Assembly: GCF_000737315.1 (NCBI RefSeq) | Contig: NZ_JMCB01000001.1 | Location: forward strand, 620,001 to 684,000 | Reading direction: 5' to 3' | From: Hyalangium minutum | GTDB lineage: Bacteria; Myxococcota; Myxococcia; Myxococcales; Myxococcaceae | DNA: 64,000 nt | Part shown: positions 1-9,319 of the stretch, piece by piece | Layout of the letters: the number at the start of each line of letters is the position of its first letter | Position numbering within the stretch: position 1 is the stretch's first letter | The notes under the pieces: generated by a model | The model's database searches: none | What the model was told of the DNA's origin: nothing | Seen by the model: the letters and a program-made list of their open reading frames with translations, nothing else | Translations under genes and position numbers: made by a program

Positions 1-3
1 CTT

Positions 4-49
4 GCACCGCCCGGCGCGGCTTCGATTCCCGCCACTTCCATCCTGAGAA
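4..49 (+). repeat. tmRNA (ssrA)-like 3' end fragment, att-like copy 1
   Basis: gcaccgcccggcgcggcttcgattcccgccacttccatcc: T-arm (GCGG-TTCGATT-CCCGC) plus acceptor 3' strand; near-identical to 17799-17843. Confidence 0.7.
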
Positions 50-128
50 GCCCGAGACGTGGAGGTGCCACGTTCCGGTGGAGCACCCAAATCGCTGCGC
101 TTAGCGCTGCGCGCAGGCGAGGGCTCAA

Positions 129-1958
129 GTGGATGCCCGTGCTCTGGGGATTCACGCGTCCCGTGCCCATTCATTGGGCATGAGGTTCCCTCCCCTGCCC
201 CTGAACCTTGAGTCGCGCCGCGCTCAGGTGTTCCCCGTCCTGGACGCCCGGGACCGCGAGCGCATGCAGCGCTTCGGTGAGGTCCGGCGCTTCAGGGAGG
301 GTGCGTGCCTGGCTGCGGCGGGGCGGCCGAGCCCCGGGCTGCTCGTCATCGCCCAGGGCCGCGTAGCCCTGTCCCGGCGCGATGGCTTGGGGCACAGCGT
401 TCCCATCGTGGAGGAGGGCCCGGGACAGTTCCTCGGCGAGGTGGCCCTGCTGTCCGGACGCCCCGCGCTCGTCGACGCTCACGCGGTGGGCGAAGTGGAG
501 GCGCTGGTCATCCCTCCGCACCGTCTGCGCGCGCTGTTCGTGGCGGAGGCGGACCTCGGCGAGCGCATCATGCGCGCCCTCATCCTGCGTCGCGTGAGCC
601 TGATCCAGACGGGTGCGGGCGGGCCCGTCCTGGTGGGCCCTCCCGAGTGCGCGGGCAGGGTACGTCTGGAGGGCTTCCTCTCGCGCAATGGCCACCCGTA
701 CCTCGTGCTGGACCCGGCGCGGGACGCACAGGCGGTCTCACTGCTCGCGCGCTATTCGCCGCGCGCGGAAGAGCTCCCGCTCGCGGTGTGCCCCGACGGC
801 TCGGTCCTGAAGAACCCCTCGGAGAGCACCATTGCCCGGGTGCTGGGTCTGCTCTCGGAAGTGGCCTTCGAGACGCTCTATGACGTCGCCGTAGTGGGCG
901 CGGGTCCCGCGGGGCTCGCCACCGCCGTGTACGCGGCCTCCGAGGGACTCCGGGTGCTCGTCCTGGACCAGCGGGCCTTCGGGGGGCAGGCGGGCGCGAG
1001 CTCGCGCATCGAGAACTATCTGGGATTCCCCACGGGCATCACCGGTCAGGCGCTCACCGCGCGCGCCTTCGTGCAAGCGCAGAAGTTCGGCGCGGAGATG
1101 GCTATCCCGGCAGAGGTCGCCTCGCTTCGCTGCGAGGCCTCCGGCGCGCCGCTCACCCTCGAGCTGACCGATGGGCGGAAGGTGAGCGCACGGACCGTGG
1201 TCGTGGCCAGCGGAGCACGCTACCGCCGTCCTGCGCTCGCGAACCTCGGCCAGTTCGAGAGCCGCGGGGTCTTCTACTGGGCCAGCCCCATCGAGGCGCG
1301 CATGTGTGAGGGCGAGGAGGTCGTGCTCGTGGGTGGTGGCAACTCCGCGGGCCAGGCAGCTGTGTTCCTCGTGGGCCATGCACGCCGGGTGCGCGTGCTC
1401 GTGCGCGGCCAGGCGCTCGCCGAGAGTATGTCCAGCTACCTGATCGAGCGCATGGCCGCTTCCCCTCATATCGAGCTGCTGATGGAGACAGAGGTGACGG
1501 GGCTGGAGGGCTCGAAGGAGCGCGGCTTGCAGAGGGTGCGCTGGCGTCACCGGCCCAGCGGACGCGAGGAGGAGCACGACGTGCGCCACCTCTTCCTCTT
1601 CATCGGGGCGGATCCGGCCACGGAGTGGCTCACGGGCTGCGGGGTGGCGCTGGACGCGAAGGGCTTCGTGCGCACGGGCGCGGAACTCCGAGAGGAGCCG
1701 CCCCAGGCGGCCACCTGGGAGGCCACCGGGCGAACGCCGTTCACGTACGAGACAAGCCTGCCCGGCGTGTTCGCCATCGGCGACGTTCGCTCGGGCTCCG
1801 TCAAGCGCGTGGGCACAGCGATTGGCGAGGGCTCGGCCGTGGTGGCGCAATTGCACGCCTACCTGGCCTCCACCGCCGAGGTTGAATCCCGGCGAAACCC
1901 GGCCTCCGCCCGAGGCACCTCACTGGCAGAAGGAGAGAGCGATCATGTACGCATGTGA
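129..1958 (+). CDS. Cyclic-nucleotide-binding domain + thioredoxin reductase-like FAD oxidoreductase
   Basis: N-terminal cNMP motif (GEVALL..R.A), FAD motif VVGAGPAG, NAD(P)H motif VGGGNSAG, C-terminal PGVFAIGD; true start may be ATG at 180. Confidence 0.85.
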   Translation: MDARALGIHASRAHSLGMRFPPLPLNLESRRAQVFPVLDARDRERMQRFGEVRRFREGACLAAAGRPSPGLLVIAQGRVALSRRDGLGHSVPIVEEGPGQFLGEVALLSGRPALVDAHAVGEVEALVIPPHRLRALFVAEADLGERIMRALILRRVSLIQTGAGGPVLVGPPECAGRVRLEGFLSRNGHPYLVLDPARDAQAVSLLARYSPRAEELPLAVCPDGSVLKNPSESTIARVLGLLSEVAFETLYDVAVVGAGPAGLATAVYAASEGLRVLVLDQRAFGGQAGASSRIENYLGFPTGITGQALTARAFVQAQKFGAEMAIPAEVASLRCEASGAPLTLELTDGRKVSARTVVVASGARYRRPALANLGQFESRGVFYWASPIEARMCEGEEVVLVGGGNSAGQAAVFLVGHARRVRVLVRGQALAESMSSYLIERMAASPHIELLMETEVTGLEGSKERGLQRVRWRHRPSGREEEHDVRHLFLFIGADPATEWLTGCGVALDAKGFVRTGAELREEPPQAATWEATGRTPFTYETSLPGVFAIGDVRSGSVKRVGTAIGEGSAVVAQLHAYLASTAEVESRRNPASARGTSLAEGESDHVRM

Positions 1959-2265
1959 TCATCTGGCCAATGCAGCGACGAGACAATCGGGGGTTGTCCC
2001 AAGCAGCGAGGGCTGCCAGGAATGTCTCGAGTCCGGAGACGAGTGGGTCCACCTGCGGCTGTGCCTGTCTTGCGGTCATGTGGGTTGCTGCGATGACTCG
2101 AAGAACAAGCACGCGACGAAGCACTATCGAGCGACGCAACACCCGGTCATCCGCTCCTTCGAGCCCGACGAGGAGTGGGGGTATTGCTACCCAGACGAGG
2201 CTTTCGCCGAGAGGCTACCGGCCCGGCATGAGGAGACTGCACCGGTCCATGGCGAAGCGCCCTGA
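1945..2265 (+). CDS. UBP-type zinc finger protein
   Basis: CQEC..W.HLRLCLSCGHVGCCD..K.KHA..H pattern; overlaps upstream stop, GAAGGAG upstream. Confidence 0.85.
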   Translation: MYACDHLANAATRQSGVVPSSEGCQECLESGDEWVHLRLCLSCGHVGCCDDSKNKHATKHYRATQHPVIRSFEPDEEWGYCYPDEAFAERLPARHEETAPVHGEAP

Positions 2266-2470
2266 GACATCCGTCCTTGGGGTGACACGGTCTCGTTCTG
2301 ACATGGTGCACACCCTCCGGCTTGCTACCTCGGCTCTCCCCCCGTTTGAGGGCAGTCGGCGGTTGGAGTGTGAAGCGGCGCCCCGCAGGACCTGAGTCGG
2401 TCTCCGCGGGGCGCCTGGGCTGCGCGTCCGCCTGGCTGCGCGAGGGCAACCGGGCGGTGAAGCCCTGTCC

Positions 2471-4990
2471 TTAGAAGGTGGATCCGTCCGCGCGCTTGCC
2501 GGCCGAGGCCGTGAGCGGCGAGAGCACGTTGTGCAGCACGAAGCTGCCCCCCACAGCGGCATCCGGGCTGCGGTTCATCGACACGCCATCGGCCGCGGCC
2601 AATGCGCTGGAATAGGTGAAGGTGTCGATGACGATGCCAGCGGCGTTCTTCACGGTGACAGTGTCGCCGGTGTTGCCCAGGCTGAGGCCACCGGTGGTGG
2701 CGCCCACGGCATTGGACACACCCGACGGAATACCGGAGCTCGCACCGAACACCACCAAGGCCTTGCCCGGAGCCAGCACGGTGCCGGAAGCAAACGTGTG
2801 GCGCGCCGCCGTGGCATCCCAGAGGACCCAGCCGCTGAGATCCATTTCAGTGCTGCCCACGTTGACCAGCTCGACGAACTCGCCAGCGGTGGCCGAGCCG
2901 GGCTCGTTGGCGAGGAGCTCATTGAGGATGACACGCCCGGAGGTCACAGCGAACGGGGCGTTGCTGGTATCCACGGGGTTGCCGTCCTGGGCGTCCGCGA
3001 TGCGCACGAGGGTACGCGAGGAAGTCGAGGCAGGCAGCAGCCAGGCATAAGAGCCCGCGGAGGCCGGCACGTTGGCGGCGATGAGCGTCCAGGTGGCGCC
3101 GTTGTCGAGCGAATACCGGAGGTCCACCTGGCTCACCGCGGAGGACGTCCAGGTGATGTTCTGGACGGAGCCCGGGGCCCACTGCTCGCCACCGTTGGGG
3201 GCGGTGACGGTCAGCGTCGCGGGAATCTCCACGCAGCTGATGCCATCACCCGTGTAGCCGGAGTTGCAGGCGCACGTGCGCGAGCCGGGGAGGTTCGTGC
3301 AGGCGGCGTTCACGCTGCACCCGCCGTTGTTCACCAAGCACTCGTTGTGGTCGCCAATGACAAACTCCTGGCTGAGGGATGCGGAGAACGTCTGGATCGG
3401 CAGCGGCGTCATCAGGTACGCGAGGTTGGACCCCGGATCGAGCTGCATCGAGGAGTAGGTGCCTGGAAGCATGCGTACCTGGAAGCGGCCGTCGGCTCCA
3501 GACAGGGGAGACAGATCATTCCAGCCGAGGCCTTGATACACCGCGCCCCGCAGGTGCACGTTGGCCACCGGCTGGCCACTGCTGTCGACGACCCGGCCAT
3601 TGAGCTGGATGTCATTGACCGTCAGGCTCAGTGGGGTGGAGGTGCTGAAGGGCTGGGAGAACAGCAGGGTCTGCGAGCCCGTGAAGCCGGGCGAGGTGAA
3701 CTCGACGCCGACGCTGTAGGTGCCAGGGACGAACTGCAGCAAGTACATACCGGCTGCATCCGTGGTGGCCTTATACATGGTGGTGCTGCTCGAGGAGCCC
3801 TTGGCATAAACGGTCACTCCCGCCGCGCTGCTGCCATCGGAGAACTTCACTTGACCGGAGAGGCTGATGACATTGCCCAGGACGAAGTCCTGCGTGGTGT
3901 TGCCTGAGAACGTCTGATTCGGCAAAGGCGTGACGAGGTAGGGGCCACCCGTGGGAGGCTCCAGTTGCATTGAGGAGTAGGTGCCCGGAAACATGCGTAC
4001 CTGGAAGCGGCCGTCGGCTCCAGTCAGGGGAGACAGCTCATTCCAGCCGTTGCCGCGATACACCGAGCCCCGCAGACGCACGTTGGCCACCGGCTGGCCG
4101 CTGCTGTTGACGACCCGGCCCTTGAGCTGGATGTCATTGGCGGTCAGATTGAGCGTGGTGGGGGTGCTGAAGGACTGGGAGGAGAACAGGAGCGTCGTGC
4201 CCGTGAACCCGGGTGAGGTGAACTCGACGCCGACGCTGTAAGTGCCAGGGATGAACTGCAGCGAGTACATACCGGCTGCATCCGTGGTAGCCCGATACGT
4301 GAAGCTGCCCGAGGGTGTTCTGGCATAAACGGTCACACCCGCCGCAATGCTGCCATCAGAGAACTTCACTTGCCCGGAGAGGCTGATGGCATCGCCCAGG
4401 ACGAAGTCCTTCGTGGTGTTGGCCGAGAACGTCTGATTTGGCAGAGGAGTGACGAGGTAGGGGCCACCCGAGGGAGGCTCCAACAGCATTGAGGAGTAGG
4501 TGTCTGGAAGAATGCGCACCTGGAAGCGGCCGTCGGCTCCAGACAGGGGAGACAGCTCATTCAAGCTGTTATTGTTTTGCAGCGCCGAGCCCCACAGGTG
4601 CACGTTGGCCACCGGCTGACCGCTGCTGTTGACGACCCGTCCGTTGAGCAGAATGTCCTGGGTCGTCAGATTGAGCGTGGTGGGGGTGCTGAAGGACTGA
4701 GAGGGCATCAGGAGCTGGCTGCCCGTGAAGTTGTGGAAGGCCAACTCGACGCCGACGCTGTAAGTGTCAGGGACGACCTGCAGCGAGTACATACCGGCTG
4801 CATCCGTGGTGGTCCGATACGCGAGGATGCTCGATTGCGCCCTCGCATAAACGGTCACTCCCGCCGCAATGCTGCCATCGGAGAACTTCACTTGCCCGCT
4901 CAGGGCGGCTTGCGCCCAGGCGGCACCAGGGAGCGACAACAACACAACGGCCACGAGGGCCGTCCGATAAAGGAGAGCGTGTAAAGGCAT
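2471..4990 (-). CDS. Secreted protein: 3 tandem carboxypeptidase-regulatory-like repeats, EGF domain, Ig-like domain, lamin-tail domain
   Basis: Signal peptide (AWA-QA), three ~175-aa repeats LSGQVKFSDGS, EGF pattern NECLVNNGGCS..AAC.N.PG...CAC..GY.GDG..C, C-terminal ILNE.LAN.......EFVEL.N. Confidence 0.8.
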   Translation of the reverse strand: MPLHALLYRTALVAVVLLSLPGAAWAQAALSGQVKFSDGSIAAGVTVYARAQSSILAYRTTTDAAGMYSLQVVPDTYSVGVELAFHNFTGSQLLMPSQSFSTPTTLNLTTQDILLNGRVVNSSGQPVANVHLWGSALQNNNSLNELSPLSGADGRFQVRILPDTYSSMLLEPPSGGPYLVTPLPNQTFSANTTKDFVLGDAISLSGQVKFSDGSIAAGVTVYARTPSGSFTYRATTDAAGMYSLQFIPGTYSVGVEFTSPGFTGTTLLFSSQSFSTPTTLNLTANDIQLKGRVVNSSGQPVANVRLRGSVYRGNGWNELSPLTGADGRFQVRMFPGTYSSMQLEPPTGGPYLVTPLPNQTFSGNTTQDFVLGNVISLSGQVKFSDGSSAAGVTVYAKGSSSSTTMYKATTDAAGMYLLQFVPGTYSVGVEFTSPGFTGSQTLLFSQPFSTSTPLSLTVNDIQLNGRVVDSSGQPVANVHLRGAVYQGLGWNDLSPLSGADGRFQVRMLPGTYSSMQLDPGSNLAYLMTPLPIQTFSASLSQEFVIGDHNECLVNNGGCSVNAACTNLPGSRTCACNSGYTGDGISCVEIPATLTVTAPNGGEQWAPGSVQNITWTSSAVSQVDLRYSLDNGATWTLIAANVPASAGSYAWLLPASTSSRTLVRIADAQDGNPVDTSNAPFAVTSGRVILNELLANEPGSATAGEFVELVNVGSTEMDLSGWVLWDATAARHTFASGTVLAPGKALVVFGASSGIPSGVSNAVGATTGGLSLGNTGDTVTVKNAAGIVIDTFTYSSALAAADGVSMNRSPDAAVGGSFVLHNVLSPLTASAGKRADGSTF

Positions 4991-5148
4991 GGGGACCTTG
5001 TCTTTGAAGAGCTGCGGGGAACGGTCTACTGCGGCACTCAGGCTTCTCTTGGAAACCGTGAGAACCATGCTGTTAGACCATGCGGGTCTGACTTTCTCCC
5101 CACCGCCTCTCCGGGTTCGGCCCCTTCCTCGCCGTTGCTATCGGCGTC

Positions 5149-6879
5149 TCATTTACCTCTTCCGGCTTCGGCGCTGCCCACGTTTGCGGGCGCAGTGGCG
5201 CGGTCTTCCTCCTCCAGGGCGTGAAGCATCTCACGCGCGGTGCGCAGCCCTGCCTCGTGGGCCCCGGCGAACGAACCGTTGTACATGGGCCGCCCTGTGG
5301 CCTCGCCTCCGAAGTACAGCCGCTTGGTGCACCCCTCTTCCGCCGGCTCCTGCTGTGAGGAGGGTTGATAGGAGCAGATGGACTCGCCCAGTTTCTCACG
5401 CAGGGGCCAGGCACCGGGCATGGCCGCGGAGTAGGCCCCGAGCACCCAGGGCTCCAGGCTCCACCGCGTGAGGTAGATGTCCGCCTTGTCCACGGCCTGG
5501 CCGATGTCGAGGGGCGCCGAGGCCCCGGCCGCTGTGCTGGCATTCGAGTGATACATCCGCACCAGGGCCGCCTTGGCATGCTGGACAGCCGCCTCGTCGC
5601 AGGGCTGGCGCTCCGGGGGCAGGGGCTTGTCGCCCGAGATGCTCGCGCACTGCTGCTCATACTGCTTCGCCCGCTCGCCGCCATAGAAGCCAATGGCGAT
5701 GTTCTTGCCGAGCGGCCGGATGACGAACGCCATCACGGAGTTATCGGGCGCCTGGTAGAGGACCCACGAGTTGGGGAGCGTGTCGCCCATGAAGTCAGGC
5801 TGGTCCTTGAAGTCGATGATGACCTTCTGCATGTTGCCCATGGGCAGACCTTCGATGGCCGCCAACTTGCTGGGCGGCAGCGGCGGCTCGAACTGGATCT
5901 TCTTCGCCTGAAGGACGCCAATGGACACCGTCACCAGCGCCTTGCGCGCCTGATAGCGCTTGCCGTTCTTCACGTCGACGACGACGCCGTCATCGGTGTA
6001 GGTGATCTTCGTCACGGGGGAGTTCAGGCAAACAGGCTCTTCCTTTCCAAAGGCCTCGATGAGGTTGCCCATGCCCTGCTTGATGAGGTCATCGTCTCCG
6101 GCCTCGAAGGCGACGGCGTCCACGGTGGAGTTCTGCGAGGTCTCCACCGCGCTCTCCAGGGGTCCGATGTTGCCCTCGAACAAGTGGCGGAAGTCGGAAT
6201 CCTGAGGCAGGTAGTGGGAGACTTGGTCGTTGGCGACCTTCTCCATGTGCTGACAGATCTCCTCGCGATCCGGATCCCTGGGAGCCTGACGCATGGCGGC
6301 CGTGTCACGGCACTCCTTCAAGCCCAGCTGAATGAGGCTGGACACCAGGAGGCGCTGGTAGAAGGCCTCCTCCTCCTGGCTGTACTGCTGGGCCTGGGCG
6401 CCCGAGAGAACAGTCACCTCTTTGCCATTGTCGAGGTAGATGGGGCCATCGAGAACGCTGGTGACGCGCTCGAAGCCCAGGGCGTCCGCCAGGGGGGTGA
6501 GGGGATTGATCGTCACCCCGTGAATCCAGGCGCCGCCCAGATCGATGGGAGGCCCCTTCTTCAGGGTGCTGGCCCGGCCGCCGATGCGGTCAGTGGCCTC
6601 GAGGATGAGGACGTTGTCGCGGCCGCCGCGCCGAAGCTCCTTGGAGGCCGTGAGCCCGCTGAAGCCAGCACCGACGATGATGGCGTCATAGCCCGTGGTC
6701 TTCTCGCAATCAGCCACGGCAGGGGGACGGGAGAGCAGCGCTCGGGAAGTGGGAGCGGTGGAGGCGGTAGCGCTCACGCACCCTGCAGGCACCACGAGCA
6801 GCAGCGCAGCCCAGATCCCCAAACGGGTCCCTGTCGCTGCCTGCATCGGATTCTCTGGCAGTTCATTGTTCAGGCTCAT
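5149..6879 (-). CDS. Flavin monoamine oxidase family protein, probable lipoprotein
   Basis: VGAGFSGL..A..L, EA.DRIGGR, DLGGAWIHG, C-terminal FGGEAT...GAHEAG.R.A; lipobox-like VPAGC. Confidence 0.85.
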   Translation of the reverse strand: MSLNNELPENPMQAATGTRLGIWAALLLVVPAGCVSATASTAPTSRALLSRPPAVADCEKTTGYDAIIVGAGFSGLTASKELRRGGRDNVLILEATDRIGGRASTLKKGPPIDLGGAWIHGVTINPLTPLADALGFERVTSVLDGPIYLDNGKEVTVLSGAQAQQYSQEEEAFYQRLLVSSLIQLGLKECRDTAAMRQAPRDPDREEICQHMEKVANDQVSHYLPQDSDFRHLFEGNIGPLESAVETSQNSTVDAVAFEAGDDDLIKQGMGNLIEAFGKEEPVCLNSPVTKITYTDDGVVVDVKNGKRYQARKALVTVSIGVLQAKKIQFEPPLPPSKLAAIEGLPMGNMQKVIIDFKDQPDFMGDTLPNSWVLYQAPDNSVMAFVIRPLGKNIAIGFYGGERAKQYEQQCASISGDKPLPPERQPCDEAAVQHAKAALVRMYHSNASTAAGASAPLDIGQAVDKADIYLTRWSLEPWVLGAYSAAMPGAWPLREKLGESICSYQPSSQQEPAEEGCTKRLYFGGEATGRPMYNGSFAGAHEAGLRTAREMLHALEEEDRATAPANVGSAEAGRGK

Positions 6880-7031
6880 GCGGGCCCTCTAGCCTCCGGC
6901 CGCCGTGAACTCAAGCGCCGAACCGCCGCAATTCCTTACGGGCGCGCGCAGCGACCGAAACCACCCCAAGACTCCTCGAAGCGAGTGGCCTTGGGTTACG
7001 GTGCCAGACCATCTCGTTGACTGGAGCATGC

Positions 7032-8015
7032 ATGCACTGTGGCTCGTCCCGGCTTCTTCCCTCCTGGCTGTTCGTCGTGCTGTGGAGCGTTGCCTGTGGC
7101 GGTGACCCCGCCCCTGGCAACCAGCCCCCGACCCTCATGGGCCCCACCACGCAGACGGCGCAGGTGAACTCTGGCGCCCCGGTGGCCCTCACCCTGCGGG
7201 CCACGGATCAGGACGGGGATGCGCTCACCTATACCTGGACCCAGATGCCCGCCTCTCCAGCAGGCACCTTCACCGATGCCTCCAGCGCCACGCCGACCTG
7301 GACTTCTCCCTGGGTGACGAGCCCCCAGCGTTTCGCGCTGAAGGTGAGCGTGTCCGACGGCAAGGGCGGCACCGTCAGCGGCACGCTCAACGTGGACGTG
7401 GCCCCACCCGTTCCCCAGAACCGGCCGCCCACCGTGGCCGCCAGCATCACCGGCCCCAGCACACTCCTGGCGGGCGACACGGGCACCTTCTCCCTCACCG
7501 CGAGCGATCCGGATGGCGATCCCCTCACCTGGTCGTGGACCCAGTGGGCTCCGGCCACGCAGGGAACCTTCGTGGGTTCCACCACCCTCTCGAGCGCCCA
7601 GTGGTTCTCGCCCGTGCTGAGCACGCAGACCTCCTTCACCCTCTCGGTGACCGTCACCGATGGCCAGAACCCCGGGGTGACCCGCACCGTCACCGTGCCC
7701 GTCTCCGTCCCCCACTACACCGACGTCCAGAGAACCTGGGAAGCGGTGCCCTGCACCAGCTGCCACGGCTCGAGCGGGGGCGTGAATCTCCGGTCCGGTG
7801 CCAGCTACGGCAACCTGGTCAATGTCAACGCCACCGCGTGTGACCTCAAGCGGGTGGTGCCCGGGGATCCGAACAACTCGGCGCTCGTCCTCAAGATGGA
7901 AGGCAATGCCTGCGGACCCCGCATGCCCTCGAACAACCAAGCCTATTTCGATGACAACCCTGGCATGGTGGTCCAGGTGCGTTCGTGGATCCTCGCGGGA
8001 GCCTCCAACAACTAA
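7032..8015 (+). CDS. Lipoprotein with two PKD/Ig-like repeats and a C-terminal monoheme cytochrome c domain
   Basis: SVAC lipobox; two repeats N.PPT...A.D.DGD.LT..WTQ; CTSCH heme motif followed by RVVPGDP..S.L and MP axial Met candidate. Confidence 0.75.
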   Translation: MHCGSSRLLPSWLFVVLWSVACGGDPAPGNQPPTLMGPTTQTAQVNSGAPVALTLRATDQDGDALTYTWTQMPASPAGTFTDASSATPTWTSPWVTSPQRFALKVSVSDGKGGTVSGTLNVDVAPPVPQNRPPTVAASITGPSTLLAGDTGTFSLTASDPDGDPLTWSWTQWAPATQGTFVGSTTLSSAQWFSPVLSTQTSFTLSVTVTDGQNPGVTRTVTVPVSVPHYTDVQRTWEAVPCTSCHGSSGGVNLRSGASYGNLVNVNATACDLKRVVPGDPNNSALVLKMEGNACGPRMPSNNQAYFDDNPGMVVQVRSWILAGASNN

Positions 8016-8163
8016 GCAACCCGGCCCAGCCCATGCTTGGACTCCTGTCAAAAACGGAAATCTACCTTGGGACACCTGCGCCTTCGTAGGCTCGTGGACA
8101 GTCTCCAGAATCACACGGCCGAAACAGCCCTCCCGGCATGAGTTCCGTGAAAGAGTGAGCGGC

Positions 8164-8547
8164 ATGAGCCGGACCGTTTTGATCCTGGAGGACGACGCGG
8201 ACATTCGCGCGGCCCTGTCCGCACTGCTCGACGATGCGGGCATGACCGTGGCTGCCGCTGCCCATGGCCTGGCGGGGCTTGAGCTGCTGGAGCGGATCGA
8301 CACACCGTGCCTGATCTTTCTCGATTGGTTGATGCCGGTCATGTCAGGCCGGGAGTTCCTCGAGTGCCTGCGCGCGAGTCCGAGGACGTGCACCGTGCCC
8401 GTGGTGGTGATGACGGCAGGCGAGAGCGAGCCTCCGCCCGGCATCGCGGCATTCCTCCGCAAGCCCTTTGGCATTTCCCAAGTGCACGAACTCCTGGCGC
8501 GTTACTGCGACCGAGGGCACGGCGAGTCCCCGTGGACTGACGCCTAG
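8164..8547 (+). CDS. Stand-alone response regulator receiver (CheY-like)
   Basis: VLILEDD, LIFLDWLMP, VVVMTA, FLRKPF. Confidence 0.85.
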   Translation: MSRTVLILEDDADIRAALSALLDDAGMTVAAAAHGLAGLELLERIDTPCLIFLDWLMPVMSGREFLECLRASPRTCTVPVVVMTAGESEPPPGIAAFLRKPFGISQVHELLARYCDRGHGESPWTDA

Positions 8548-8612
8548 TGGGAGTCGCAGTTTCACGGAGAGAGCACGCTGATCACGCCCCGGGCGGCCAA
8601 TGAGCGCGGGAG

Positions 8613-9017
8613 CTAAGGCCGCTTGTTCTTCTCATCCCAGAGCATCGGCTCCCAGAGCTCCACCTTGTTGCCGTCGGGATCCATGAGCCAGGCGAACTTG
8701 CCGTTCTCGTGCGACTCCGGTCCCTTGAGGATCTCCACGCCACCTTCTTTCAACTGCCGGATCAGCGCGTCGAGATCATCCACCCGGTAGTTGATCATGA
8801 AGCTCGACTCGCTCGGGCTGAACCAGCGGCTGTCCTTCTCCGCCACGTTCCAGACGGTGAGCCCCTTGTCCTCAGCCTTGTCCTCGGGCCACCTGATGAT
8901 CGCGCCGCCCCACTCTTCGAGCGCGATCCCCAAGTGGCGCTGGTACCAAGCGGAGAGCGCCTTGTGATCGCTCCTCGACTTGAAGAACACCCCGCCGATT
9001 CCCGTGATTTTCGCCAT
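8613..9017 (-). CDS. VOC/glyoxalase family protein
   Basis: ITGIGGVFF..D...L..WY..LG; MINYRVDDLD; DPDGNKVELWEP. Confidence 0.85.
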   Translation of the reverse strand: MAKITGIGGVFFKSRSDHKALSAWYQRHLGIALEEWGGAIIRWPEDKAEDKGLTVWNVAEKDSRWFSPSESSFMINYRVDDLDALIRQLKEGGVEILKGPESHENGKFAWLMDPDGNKVELWEPMLWDEKNKRP

Positions 9018-9319
9018 GGCCGCGCTTCATATCGCTCATCGCTGGCGAGATCACCCCTTCAGTACACCTGCATGGGGCTTTGTAAGGTGCGCCTCGCTGG
9101 CGCAGTCCCCGGCAGACCACCTCCACTGCCCGGGGACAAGTCCTACTGGATAGAGAACCCACCATGCATCGACTGGTCGGCCCCCACCCACCGGTGTCCT
9201 CCGGGGTCACCTCGATGATCAGAGCGCGCCCTTGCCCAGGATGTCCTCATAGAGGAGGAGCGGGCCGAACTGGGGAGTCCTCGGTATTTGTTCGCCGTGC
9301 CCCGTCGCCGCCCTGACTT

